Part shown: positions 25,464 through 35,142 of the stretch, in pieces | How positions within the stretch are numbered: the stretch's first letter is position 1 | How the letters are laid out: the number at the start of each line of letters is the position of its first letter | DNA from: Parcubacteria group bacterium GW2011_GWA2_42_14 | Lineage (GTDB): Bacteria > Patescibacteriota > Minisyncoccia > Sungbacterales > GWA2-42-14 | NCBI GenBank assembly: GCA_000998135.1 | Contig: LCCV01000001.1 | Coordinates: 72,958 to 136,957, forward strand | Length of the DNA: 64,000 bases | Reading direction: 5' to 3' | Translations under genes and position numbers: made by a program | The notes under the pieces: model-generated | What the model saw: only the letters and a program-made list of their open reading frames with translations | What the model was told of the DNA's origin: nothing | Databases searched by the model: none

Positions 25464-27677
25464 TTATGACTTGTTTTTAACAATTTCTTTGACTGCGTTT
25501 GCAATCCTGTCCGGCTGGGGTTCATAATGATGCCAATCCGGCGGCGGAGGATTATAGCATCTCGGCGGCCCGACGCGCACCAACGGAACAGAAAGGCGTT
25601 CAAAAGATTTTTGATTCTCATAAACGGTTGCCGCGATTTCCGCGCCGGTTCCGGCAAAAACCGGCTCTTCCTGAACAATTACCAGACCGCCGGTCTTGGC
25701 CACGGAAGAAATAAGCGTTTCCTTATCCAAGGGCGCGAACACGCGAATATCCAAAACCTCCGCCGAAATTCCTTCTTTTTCCAGCATATCCGCGGCCTCA
25801 AGGCACGAATAAACCAATCGGCCGTAAGCGGTAATCGTGACATCACGGCCTTCACGGGCAATTCTAATGCCGAAGTCTTCAATCGGCTTAGCTGCGGGGC
25901 GACGCGCTAAATCGCTTCTTACGATATTTTTTCTGATTTCCGCTTCCTTGCCGTCTATAACATATTTAAACTTCACTTCGCCCCGATATAAATTCTTGTC
26001 CTCAAAAAACAGTACGGGCTTATCGGAAGCGACAGCGGCCCAAAGCATGTCATAAAAATCCTGAACGGTTGAAGGGCACACGATTACAAATCCAGGCAAA
26101 TTCATAAAAGCCGGAGCTTCAAACTCGCGATGGCTTTCAATATAGCTTCCCCCGCCGTAAGGCAGGCGCACTACCACCGGCATCTTTACCAAACCGCCGC
26201 TTCTCTGGCGCATTCTCGGCAACTCAACGAAAACATGGTCCCCGCAGCCGTAAACAAAACCGGAATATTGAATTTCCACAATCGGCCTGAAACCGGCCAT
26301 GGCCCAGCCAATAGCGTGCCCCATAATTCCCCACTCATCAAGCGGAGTATCAATAATGCGATTTTTACCGAAAATCGCCTGCTGAGGAAGATGCTGAACA
26401 AGAATCTCCGATTCATACTTGGGTAAATGCTTCTTAATGAATTCTTCCGGCAGCGACACGGCAAGATTTACCGAACCGGCCGCGCCCACGTCTTCCCCCA
26501 TAACAACCACTCTCGGGTCATGAGTTAAAATATCATAGTGGGCAAAATTAATGGCATCGCGCGGCGTTGAGTCCGCGATTGTTTCCGGAGGAAAAGAAAC
26601 AGTTGAAAAATCGCGGTATTTTTCATCAACAAAAGATTTTTCGTTCAATTCAACGCTTTTTTCAATGGCTCCGGCGCCATTTATCTCTTTCAATGCCGCG
26701 TAAGTTTTCTTGGCAACCCCGATAACGAGCAATTCAATTTCCCGCGCGCGCATATCGTCTTTTTCCTTGTTCCATTCAATCCCCAGCCGTTTCGCGCGCT
26801 CACTCATCAAAAAAATCTTCATCCGCACCAAAGGGTCTTCCAAATCCCTGCGTTTTTTTTCCTCTTCCGGAATTTTAATAAGTTCGCCGACGGCGGTCGT
26901 ATGGCGGTCAAGCCGATAAGTTACCGCCTCAATCAGAGTAGCGCCTTCGCCGCCCATTGCCCTTTGGCGCGCCCGTTTGGCCGCGGCATAAACGGCAAAA
27001 GGGTCATTTCCGTCAACACGCTCCGAAGCGATGCCGTAAGCTACCGCTTTTTCGGCAAAGGTTTTCGTGGCCGTCTGCATTCTGGTCGGAGTAGAAATCG
27101 CCCATTGGTTATTTTCACAGATGAAAATCGTGGGAACCTTATGAACGCCGGCAAAATTCATTGCCGAATGGAAATCCGCCCGCGAAGTCGCGCCATCGCC
27201 GAAATAGGAAACGGACACGAGAGCCGGCTTGCCATGCTGAAAAAATTTTGCCCAAGCAAAACCAACGGCATGAGTAAGGTGGACGCCGACCAGAACATAG
27301 GGAATCATTGAATTATGCTCCAAATTATTTTCAACGGACTTAGTGTCAGCTATGCCGTAAAAAATCCTCCACATTGCCTCAATGGAAACTCCATGGGTAA
27401 AAGGGCCCGCTTGCGAACGCGTATACCAAAATATCCAATCCTCTGGCATCAAGGCATAAGCGCTTGCGACCTCGGCAGCTTCCTGCCCCTTGGGAGAAAT
27501 ATAAAGCGGCATATGCTTATCAACCTGCGCTTCCCGAGTCGCCCTCTTTTCAAAGGATCTCATTAAAAGCATATACTCATAAATCTTCACGCAATCGGCG
27601 GCCATAAGGCCGGTATCCATAAAAAGCTCTTCATTGATGGCGCCATCGGGCCTTAAAATCTGATACATTTCAGACAT
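25464..27677 (-). CDS. Fused alpha+beta E1 component of a TPP-dependent 2-oxo acid (pyruvate / branched-chain) dehydrogenase
   Basis: Alpha part with the TPP-binding GDGATSRADFHSAMNFAG; beta part with transketolase-like pyrimidine-binding and C-terminal domains. Start at MSEMYQ. Confidence 0.8.
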   Translation of the reverse strand: MSEMYQILRPDGAINEELFMDTGLMAADCVKIYEYMLLMRSFEKRATREAQVDKHMPLYISPKGQEAAEVASAYALMPEDWIFWYTRSQAGPFTHGVSIEAMWRIFYGIADTKSVENNLEHNSMIPYVLVGVHLTHAVGFAWAKFFQHGKPALVSVSYFGDGATSRADFHSAMNFAGVHKVPTIFICENNQWAISTPTRMQTATKTFAEKAVAYGIASERVDGNDPFAVYAAAKRARQRAMGGEGATLIEAVTYRLDRHTTAVGELIKIPEEEKKRRDLEDPLVRMKIFLMSERAKRLGIEWNKEKDDMRAREIELLVIGVAKKTYAALKEINGAGAIEKSVELNEKSFVDEKYRDFSTVSFPPETIADSTPRDAINFAHYDILTHDPRVVVMGEDVGAAGSVNLAVSLPEEFIKKHLPKYESEILVQHLPQQAIFGKNRIIDTPLDEWGIMGHAIGWAMAGFRPIVEIQYSGFVYGCGDHVFVELPRMRQRSGGLVKMPVVVRLPYGGGSYIESHREFEAPAFMNLPGFVIVCPSTVQDFYDMLWAAVASDKPVLFFEDKNLYRGEVKFKYVIDGKEAEIRKNIVRSDLARRPAAKPIEDFGIRIAREGRDVTITAYGRLVYSCLEAADMLEKEGISAEVLDIRVFAPLDKETLISSVAKTGGLVIVQEEPVFAGTGAEIAATVYENQKSFERLSVPLVRVGPPRCYNPPPPDWHHYEPQPDRIANAVKEIVKNKS

Positions 27678-27939
27678 TTTTGAGTCCCTATTGTTAAATG
27701 TCAAAAAACCGTATATTCCCTTAGTTACATATTTTTTGCAAAAAATCAACCCCGTAGTAGAATTTCGGCTATTTGCTTTTGCCGCTGCAAAAGCAAAAAT
27801 TTTCACAGCCTACTGCGTAATTTTCATAAAAACAGCAGCAGAGTTTTAACCCGTATGTTGCTGTACCTAATTTAAGCCGAAATTTCACTACGGGGTCAAG
27901 CCGTAAAAAATTCTGTAATTTGTCTAAAAATGTTTTAAA

Positions 27940-28878
27940 ATGTATGATAAAAAAGCTGCTATGTCAAATAAAATAGATTTACAAATACAATCAAACGTTT
28001 CAGACGGCAAATATTCCCCGGCTGAATTGGTGCGCCGAGCCAAATCACTCGGCCTTGAAACAATTGCCATAACCGACCACGATACTGTGGACGGAATACT
28101 AGAAGCATGGGAAGAAGGAAAAAATCAGAGAATAAAAGTGATACCGGGAATTGAGATGTCCTGCCGTTTTATGGAACACGGAATCCATATTCTTGGATTT
28201 GGAATTGACCGGAGAAACCCCGCTCTTGTTTCCCGCCTCAAAGAATTCCAGGAAGAACGCAAGAAAAAAACCGAACGTATAGTAGAATTACTTCAAAAAG
28301 CAGGATTTAAAATAACTTTTGAAGATGTTCAAAAAGAAGCAACCGGTTCAACCATGGCCCGCCCTCACATTGCTTTAGCCCTTCTTCATAATCCGGAAAA
28401 CAAAGAAAAACTCGGCTCGCTTAATACAGTACATAAAGTAATTGAGGAGTGGCTCGTTACCGGCAAACCGACTTATGTTGATAGGAAAGAAATTGAAACC
28501 AAAGAAGCAATTAAGTTGATCCATAATGCCGGCGGAGTCGCGATTTGGTCGCACCCCACAGTTTCCATACGCAACAACTTTCAAAAAACCGAAGAAGTGT
28601 TAAAAGCATTCATTTCCTATGATATTGACGGCTTAGAAGCATTTCACCCGGACTATTCCGAAGACGAAACAGAATTTTTAAACACTCTTACCGGACAATA
28701 CGGACTTCTGCGAAGCGCGGGCTCGGATTTTCACCGCGAACCCGGACCCGGAGAAACTACAGAAGGCGGAGATACGCTTGCCTCCTTCGAAACTTACGGC
28801 TTTGATATTTCCGACATCATCTCCAAACTTGAATCCGCCATTTTAAAGCGCCAGTTAAAATCCGAAATGCAAACATAA
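27940..28878 (+). CDS. PHP-domain phosphoesterase (TrpH / RNase AM-like)
   Basis: ITDHDTVDG PHP motif; additional His/Asp motifs (WSHPT, DGLEAFHPDY). Confidence 0.75.
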   Translation: MYDKKAAMSNKIDLQIQSNVSDGKYSPAELVRRAKSLGLETIAITDHDTVDGILEAWEEGKNQRIKVIPGIEMSCRFMEHGIHILGFGIDRRNPALVSRLKEFQEERKKKTERIVELLQKAGFKITFEDVQKEATGSTMARPHIALALLHNPENKEKLGSLNTVHKVIEEWLVTGKPTYVDRKEIETKEAIKLIHNAGGVAIWSHPTVSIRNNFQKTEEVLKAFISYDIDGLEAFHPDYSEDETEFLNTLTGQYGLLRSAGSDFHREPGPGETTEGGDTLASFETYGFDISDIISKLESAILKRQLKSEMQT

Positions 28879-29040
28879 AATCCGCCATGAATTTATTGAA
28901 GGACGGATTTTTTTAAAACAAATTGGCATTATGTTATTTATTTGCCGTTTCCAAGTCGCTTCTTAAACATTCGCGCGCGTATGTAAAATTTATAATAAAT
29001 CAATAAGGGTGTCCGGCACTATTTTTTATGACACCGTTTT

Positions 29041-29514
29041 CTACGGCTCTTTTATAAGACCGATTTCGTAATCACGATAACCGGCTTTGTGATAAAAATT
29101 TGTTGCCTTAGTATTTTTAGCAAGTACATATACTTTAATGTGTTCAATATCCTTAGACGCAGTAAGCTCTTCAGCCTTTTTCATCAAAGCTTCCCCAATA
29201 CCTCTATTGCGATATTGTAACAACACAACCAAATCGGAAATATACATATAGGTATGGTTTTTTACCGCAAGCGCGGCCTCTGGATCGACTTCAATCCATA
29301 AAGATATAAACCCAACAACTTCATTATCTTCCTCAGCAACAAATATCCACTGTTTATCTTTTCCTCTTTCTCGAAGCAGGTATTCCAAATATTTCTCGGC
29401 CATTCGCTTACCCTCCAGTCGGTCCGATTCTAACATTCGTTCAAAATCCTGCAATTCAATAATGCATTTTAACAACTTCTCTCTATCCGTATTTTTATAT
29501 TCTCGAATAATCAT
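29041..29514 (-). CDS. GNAT-family N-acetyltransferase
   Basis: Acetyl-CoA-binding motif LLQYRNRGIGEALM. Confidence 0.8.
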   Translation of the reverse strand: MIIREYKNTDREKLLKCIIELQDFERMLESDRLEGKRMAEKYLEYLLRERGKDKQWIFVAEEDNEVVGFISLWIEVDPEAALAVKNHTYMYISDLVVLLQYRNRGIGEALMKKAEELTASKDIEHIKVYVLAKNTKATNFYHKAGYRDYEIGLIKEP

Positions 29515-29975
29515 ACCCTACAATAAGAAAGCAGCAGCCTCGGCTCCCCATCGCCGTAATAATTATCTTTCCATGATTCAATAGCAAAACCGAGAGAAAG
29601 ATACAGCATTAAAGCGCGGGTATTGCGCGGATGCGTAACAAGGTCAATTCGTTTCATATTCTTTAACTTCTGAAGAATACGTTTACTTGCTTCGCGTCCG
29701 ATGCCTTGTCCTTGAAAACGCGGACAAATCACCAGCCCGCTTAAATACGCGTGACTCTGACCCTTCATTTCATACTGAACAGTTCCGGCTATTTTGCCGT
29801 CCTTTTTTATAAAATACACCTGATTGTTTTTGAGTTCTTCTTTTGCTTCGTCTTCACCCGTAATTCCTGAATACGTCTTTGGCCCCACAACACTTTTTTC
29901 GATGGCTAAATATTGGTTCACATCTTCCGGCGTTGCTAATACTAATGAAATTTTTTGATTGCCTTTTTTCATCAT
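29511..29975 (-). CDS. GNAT-family N-acetyltransferase
   Basis: ICPRFQGQGIGREASK motif. 4-bp overlap with the downstream GNAT. Confidence 0.8.
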   Translation of the reverse strand: MMKKGNQKISLVLATPEDVNQYLAIEKSVVGPKTYSGITGEDEAKEELKNNQVYFIKKDGKIAGTVQYEMKGQSHAYLSGLVICPRFQGQGIGREASKRILQKLKNMKRIDLVTHPRNTRALMLYLSLGFAIESWKDNYYGDGEPRLLLSYCRV

Positions 29976-30018
29976 AACTTTTTATTTTTATTTTGCCTCT
30001 CCGGCATAAAAAACTATT

Positions 30019-30540
30019 TTATAGTATCAAGGTTGTGGGGTTGTTCATAACATTATATTCGCACACCTTTACGCCTTCAAGTTTTGCGGTTTCGTCAATG
30101 GGAATTAGCGAGATTCCATCTGTGTCAAATGGCTTAATGCCTTCTTTAATAGAAATCGGAACTTCATGAAGAATAATTTTCTTAACCATGCCGTTTTTCA
30201 GTAAAAAATTATTTAACATTGGCCCGCTTGATACCAAGGCATCCGGCGCTAACACTAAAGCGTCTTTCGGAGAATGAACGACAATATATCCTTTCTTTGG
30301 AAGAAAATTCCGATTACCGCTTATTACTATTTTTTTAATTGGCAATTCTTCAAATGACCGGAAAAATTCTTTGCCGTAGTTCTGAATTGCATCATACGTT
30401 TTCCGGCCCATTATCAATGCTCCGTATTCCCGGCAAAGATTAAGAAAGTTCGGCCACAGATTGTCCGGAATAAAATCCTCACTTCCATCCTTTCGGGCAA
30501 TAAAGCCATCGGATGATATTACATTATATAAAGTCAGCAT
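30019..30540 (-). CDS. RibD C-terminal domain / dihydrofolate-reductase-like reductase
   Basis: MLTLYNVISSDGFIARKDGSEDFIP...IMGRKTY signature. Start at the internal Met. Confidence 0.7.
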   Translation of the reverse strand: MLTLYNVISSDGFIARKDGSEDFIPDNLWPNFLNLCREYGALIMGRKTYDAIQNYGKEFFRSFEELPIKKIVISGNRNFLPKKGYIVVHSPKDALVLAPDALVSSGPMLNNFLLKNGMVKKIILHEVPISIKEGIKPFDTDGISLIPIDETAKLEGVKVCEYNVMNNPTTLIL

Positions 30541-30547
30541 AATATTG

Positions 30548-30742
30548 TTAAATTCCCAAATTGCTGTAGGTATTGATAAATTGAGGGATGAGAAAAAATA
30601 GCCCGATAAGAGGAAAAACGACCACCGCCAGCGAAATAATAAGCGTCCAAAAAAAATACCGCCGCATCTGCCGAACCATCTTTGCATTTTCCTCGAGTTT
30701 TTTCTCAATCTCCTCAAGTTTTCGTAAAATTTCCTGTTCCAT
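30548..30742 (-). CDS. Small coiled-coil + transmembrane protein (~65 aa)
   Basis: MEQEILRKLEEIEKKLEE... followed by one transmembrane helix. Confidence 0.35.
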   Translation of the reverse strand: MEQEILRKLEEIEKKLEENAKMVRQMRRYFFWTLIISLAVVVFPLIGLFFLIPQFINTYSNLGI

Positions 30743-30789
30743 AATTTTGAAGGATAAAAAGACGCCTGACACTAATTCTTATAAAAATA

Positions 30790-31134
30790 CTATGCAAATA
30801 TTTTCCACGCGCCGTTCTCAAAATGCGCAACTGAGCGTGTCGCCACAGGCATTCCGTCGGCGTCAAAAAAGGCGCCGTGGATTGCTGTCCGCGATGCTTG
30901 ACCTTCCGGATAACGGCCCTTTCTCATATAAAAGTATTCGGTGTAGCCACCTTCTTCCGCGATTTTGATATTCCACAAATAAAGACCCTTCCCATCTTCA
31001 CGCGTTCTCACCTGCTCAAATTCTGCATTTTTCAACAACCGCTCAAAAACAGAGCGCACCTCTTCCATGGCCGGAACATGCTCCGGCCCACTCTCAAAAG
31101 AATTTATTTGTTCTGGTGGTCCTTCAAATGACAT
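30790..31134 (-). CDS. Hypothetical protein, 114 aa
   Basis: ORF starting at MSFEGPPEQ; no recognisable domain. Confidence 0.4.
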   Translation of the reverse strand: MSFEGPPEQINSFESGPEHVPAMEEVRSVFERLLKNAEFEQVRTREDGKGLYLWNIKIAEEGGYTEYFYMRKGRYPEGQASRTAIHGAFFDADGMPVATRSVAHFENGAWKIFA

Positions 31135-31144
31135 AATTTTATTT

Positions 31145-31830
31145 TTAATTATCTTTTTCAATATCTTCGTCAAAAAGGGTCCGAACCGCAAAAAACTGCA
31201 AATCGGATTTAATCAAAATCCTTTTTATATCGGTTTGGGCAATAAGTGAAATCAATGGATTGGTAGAATTTTTCGGAACAACCTCGTCCGGAATAGAAAA
31301 CCCTATGTATTCAATTGTTTTCTTTGCTCTATGCCTGATCCAATCAATTGCCGGTATTAAATCCGAATCCGAACTGACTATTATGGCAGTATCATATTTA
31401 TTATCAATTGCCCCCACTATTAAATCTGTGGCCAATTTCACATCAATACCCTTTTCTCTTAATCGTTCAATCTTAATCTTGTTAATGCCGAGTTGCAAAA
31501 GATTTTTATAATCGGCAACACGATTATCAATATATATTTCTTCTGTTCTTCTCTTTAATTTGCTGGTCTTTATTTTCCACTTATTATTTTTTAAAAATGT
31601 AAACAAGAAAGTCTGTTTAGCCATAGCTTCTTTGCTTCGCAAATCTCCTTCTCGTTCACTCACTGTTCCTGTATAGTATCTCTTGCCCATATCGGAAATA
31701 ATCCTGCCGTTAGCAAGAAAGACCGCAAACTTTTCAAAATCAAACTGCGTTTCGTCTAAATTGAGCTTTTCAAAACAAGATGGTAGAAATTACTGCCGTC
31801 AATATATATAGAAACCCGTTTTTTCTCCAT
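31145..31830 (-). pseudogene. NYN-domain (LabA/DUF88-like PIN-type nuclease) gene, disrupted by a -1 frameshift in an A4 run near 31768
   Basis: The N-terminal 24 aa, MEKKRVSIYIDGSNFYH (the canonical NYN start), are in one frame and stop at 31757. The remainder (LVGAIDNKYDTAIIVSSDSDLIPAI) continues in the -1 frame. One extra A would restore a ~225-aa protein. Confidence 0.6.
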
Positions 31831-32040
31831 TTTTCCATTATGCACTAAAAACGAAAACCTGCACACTACCGAAGTAGGCGCAGGCGACTTTCACTTACTT
31901 TATACACCCATCCTAATCTATTGTCAAGCGGTCAAAAAATCCTCATATTTACTGATTATAATACTGCTCTGTGGATAAAAAATATTCCGCCTCCTTCGCC
32001 AAAACCTCCGCCTTCACTCCCCGCTTCACCCAAGACCGCG

Positions 32041-32081
32041 CTCGTGCCGCGTAGCGAAGTTACTTCAAAGAGCGGTGCGAG
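32041..32081 (+). ncRNA. Candidate structured RNA hairpin: 10-bp stem (CUCGUGCCGC/GCGGUGCGAG) with two G.U pairs that form only in plus-strand RNA, and an inner GAAG-UUAC-CUUC mini-hairpin. Part of a non-coding gap at 31850-32260.
   Basis: Strand-specific pairing seen directly. A TATAAT at 31965-31970 and a perfect DnaA box (tgtggataa, 31978-31986) are nearby. Confidence 0.3.
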
Positions 32082-32260
32082 GCGAGAAAGTTTCAACGAA
32101 ATAGAAAGATACTTGAATAGAAAGGTACCTGACACCAATTTCCATAGTTTTATTTTTAATTTAGCTGATAAATATGAAATCCCGCCCCTTATACCAAAAC
32201 CGCGTACAGACAACAAAAAGGCGCTTGACATCAATTTTATTTACATTGTTTTTTGAAAGA

Positions 32261-32503
32261 TTAAAAACGGTAAGTACTTTCCTGTCGTCTTTCAATCATT
32301 AAAATAAATATTTTTCCATGCGCCACCAGGCGATAAACTATTCGAATATCGCTTTTTCGAACACGAAAAATATCTTCTCTTCCTTTGAGCTTCTTAATAT
32401 CAAGACCTTCTGTTTTTCCAGAAGAAAGCCGCTCAAGTATTTCCTTAGCCCATTCTCGCTCTTTTTGAGTAAGTTTTTGCAGCGCTTTTTCAATCTTGTC
32501 CAC
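32261..32503 (-). CDS. RelE/ParE-family type II toxin
   Basis: GREDIFRVRKSDIRIVYRLVAHGKIFILMIERRQESTY. Confidence 0.75.
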   Translation of the reverse strand: MDKIEKALQKLTQKEREWAKEILERLSSGKTEGLDIKKLKGREDIFRVRKSDIRIVYRLVAHGKIFILMIERRQESTYRF

Positions 32504-32509
32504 AAAAAT

Positions 32510-32728
32510 TTAGAGACATGATAGCAAGCCCCTCAAGCCGACACCGCCCTTTTTAATCTTAGTAAAGTCAATAACCGTCTCCCACAACCCAACATCATCG
32601 TCGGGCGGAGAAAGCTTAAATACGGGCCTTGAACGGCGCATAACGATAAAAGATTTCCCTTTTTGAACCTCGGAAATATAAATATCCGCATTTTCCCGAA
32701 GCTCTTTTAATCCAATAAGATTTCCCAT
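32510..32728 (-). CDS. Phd/YefM-family antitoxin
   Basis: LKELRENADIYISEVQKGKSFIVMRRSRPVFKL. Confidence 0.7.
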   Translation of the reverse strand: MGNLIGLKELRENADIYISEVQKGKSFIVMRRSRPVFKLSPPDDDVGLWETVIDFTKIKKGGVGLRGLLSCL

Positions 32729-32831
32729 AATACCCTAAGTTTACTCTTAGATAATCTTTAAGTCAAGCGCACCAAACCCCTTCCCCACGGCGTCTAATGT
32801 TGCGTATTTGCGATTGCGTTTAACATTGCTT

Positions 32832-33308
32832 CTACGTGTGTTTATCCGCCACCGTTGAGGCCCCGAATGAGTTCGGTTTGATTACCGCTTCAAAACCGTA
32901 TCCCTTTACCATTCCCACGACCGTATCAATCAATTCTCTGGTAGGCCCGTTTTCTCCCACATCAATATGCACCTGATTATCCCAAAAAGCTTCATCTCCA
33001 AGGCGGTCACGAAGCCGAGAGCGCACTTCCTGCGCCAAAGTTATGGAATTCATGGTTTCGGCATAAATTCTGTCGCGAAGGGTCAAAAAAACTTTGGGCT
33101 CGGCTTTAGTCCAAAAATGAATGGCTCCGTTCCCAACGCGCCAAACCGTAACCGCGGTAACCAACTCAACCGGACTTGAAGAAGCCGAATCCGAACCGAT
33201 TATAATATGGTACCACTTGCCGGGTTCGGCTTTTACAAATTCAATTACTTCGGTGATGACTTCATCGAGAGTAAGTATTCCTTTTGATTGACTATAAAAA
33301 TGTGACAA
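32832..33308 (-). CDS. YkuK-family (DUF458) RNase-H-like protein
   Basis: IIIGSDS motif; 158 aa, typical size. Confidence 0.5.
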   Translation of the reverse strand: MSHFYSQSKGILTLDEVITEVIEFVKAEPGKWYHIIIGSDSASSSPVELVTAVTVWRVGNGAIHFWTKAEPKVFLTLRDRIYAETMNSITLAQEVRSRLRDRLGDEAFWDNQVHIDVGENGPTRELIDTVVGMVKGYGFEAVIKPNSFGASTVADKHT

Positions 33309-33419
33309 GTAAACCGATGCAAATATACTAATGAATACTAATGATACAAATAATCATACGAATAACGGATTTGTATAGTTATTCGTATAATTCGTATGCA
33401 TTTGTATATTGGTATCGCA

Positions 33420-34241
33420 TTAAAATAATGAAGCTTGCAAATCCTGCGGGGCTTTGTAAAACTCATTTATTGGCTCGGCCGCGAGAATTCCTTCCATTTT
33501 GAATTTGCGAAGGCCTTGTCGAAGGTGGCAATACGCGGAAATTTCTTTACCGTTTATTCCATAAATATCTATCTTCCTTTTTTTCTTAAAATCCTCGCCC
33601 TTGGAGGCCTGCCTGGAAACATATTCAATGAAAAGCCGCTGGCGGTTCTTAAAAGCATTTTCAATGGTATTAAACAAAGAAAGTTCCGGCATTTTCTGCC
33701 AATTTACCGCAACCGCCCTTTTTTGTTTTTCATACAATGATTCAAAAAGAAGGTGGCCATGTTTTTTTCCGTATTCATACAGGTCGCGGGTCAATTCAAC
33801 ATCTTTCAAACAATATTTTTTTATATCGTCAATTCTGCCTTCTTTAAACCATTGAAGAGCTTGCAAGCCATCGGCGGATTTTTTCGCGCCAAGCGTTGCT
33901 CCGGCTAAACTTTGCAAAGACAAACGGTGGCCCAATTTTGTCGTAACATCTTCAAAAATATCAAGGGTCGGAAGCAAAGCAATATTTACATTTTTAAAAT
34001 ACGGCTGAAGCACCTGATAATCAAAACTTTTAGTGTTAAAACCTATTAAAAGTTCGGCATTCTCAATAGCTTCTTCAAACTGCGGAATTTCTCGCTCCTC
34101 ATACGCCTGAAATTTAGCGGTTTCATAAAAATAAGCGCCCACAACCGAGACGCCAAGAGCGCTAACATTATTCCTTCCCCCGACTTCATCAAATGATTTT
34201 TTTGTCTCTACGTCAAATACTATCTCTTTCATAATTTCCAC
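33420..34241 (-). CDS. DEDD-type 3'-5' exonuclease (DnaQ/PolB-exonuclease-like, YprB/COG3359-like) with a C-terminal extension
   Basis: Exo I IVFDVET; Exo II GFNTKSFDYQVL; Exo III YCLKDV. Confidence 0.6.
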   Translation of the reverse strand: MEIMKEIVFDVETKKSFDEVGGRNNVSALGVSVVGAYFYETAKFQAYEEREIPQFEEAIENAELLIGFNTKSFDYQVLQPYFKNVNIALLPTLDIFEDVTTKLGHRLSLQSLAGATLGAKKSADGLQALQWFKEGRIDDIKKYCLKDVELTRDLYEYGKKHGHLLFESLYEKQKRAVAVNWQKMPELSLFNTIENAFKNRQRLFIEYVSRQASKGEDFKKKRKIDIYGINGKEISAYCHLRQGLRKFKMEGILAAEPINEFYKAPQDLQASLF

Positions 34242-34269
34242 TCTATCACAGGGTTTTTAAAACTGCAAT

Positions 34270-34405
34270 GGCGGGGCCGTTGAATAATTAATTTTATTCC
34301 CTGAGCGAAGTCGAAGGGATACCATACTTAAGCCCAAAAGTTATCCTTCGATAAACTCAGGAAATAACTTTTGGGCGATTATTCAACGATCTCATGACGG
34401 GGCTT
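34270..34405. repeat. ~135-bp nested inverted-repeat element (cgttgaataat...attattcaacg outer; cccaaaagttat...ataacttttggg inner)
   Basis: Perfect 11-12-bp inverted repeats seen directly. Confidence 0.5.
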
Positions 34406-34491
34406 GTGTAATTTATGAAATTATGATACAGATAAAAAGCCGATTCAAAGCCCCCCTTAAACAAAACTAGAGGGCAAAGGAGGAAACGGCA

Positions 34492-35004
34492 ATGAAAAAA
34501 GCTCTTATTCTTGTTCTTTTACTTATCGGTCTTGCGATTATTGTCCCTGTAATATCGCTCGCTGAAACCGTGGCTGAAAAACCCAATTTGCCTGCTGGTT
34601 ATGAATCTTGGCCAAACAAATACGAAGGCAGCTGCCAAATAAAGCAAGATGAAGGGGTTAGCATGTCAGCATTTGTCAGAACTTTTCCTAAGGAAAAAAG
34701 GGTTGAAGTTGTCTTAACTCTGACGCAAGAAAAAAACTTGTTCTTTGCTACACATGCAATAGGGACAAAAAATGCACCAGATTTTATTAAGAGCTACATC
34801 AAAACTAATACAAAATGGCTAGATATAGATAATCTACCCAAAGGAGACCTGATCCTCATGGAAGAATTCAAACAAAAAAATCAGAAGTTAAACGAATATG
34901 TCGAATCAGTAATGACGAGTGGCGATTGTGGGGAAGATAACATAAAAGGGTTTAAAAAATTTTGGGAGCCTCAGTTTGAATTTGAATCTGGTTCACAAAA
35001 ATAA
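34492..35004 (+). CDS. Secreted hypothetical protein (signal peptide)
   Basis: AAAGGAGG Shine-Dalgarno. A terminator hairpin (aaatcccgcttccgcgggattt) follows at 35011-35035. Confidence 0.6.
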   Translation: MKKALILVLLLIGLAIIVPVISLAETVAEKPNLPAGYESWPNKYEGSCQIKQDEGVSMSAFVRTFPKEKRVEVVLTLTQEKNLFFATHAIGTKNAPDFIKSYIKTNTKWLDIDNLPKGDLILMEEFKQKNQKLNEYVESVMTSGDCGEDNIKGFKKFWEPQFEFESGSQK

Positions 35005-35142
35005 TATTTAAATCCCGCTTCCGCGGGATTTTGTATTGCCTTTATTTTAATTAGTTTCCGCGTAAATCCGCGTTACCATCTGCGTAAATCCGCTTCTACG
35101 AGCCGCAAATGCTGGCTGCAAAAAAATGAAAGTTGCCAAATT

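Noticed and set aside
31921-32256. Overlapping ORF-track ORFs of 111 aa (+) and 92 aa (-) in the 31.9-32.3 kb gap
   Set aside because: They are low-complexity (Pro/Ser and Gly runs), mutually overlapping, with no ribosome-binding site and no homolog pattern. The region is treated as non-coding or a candidate ncRNA.
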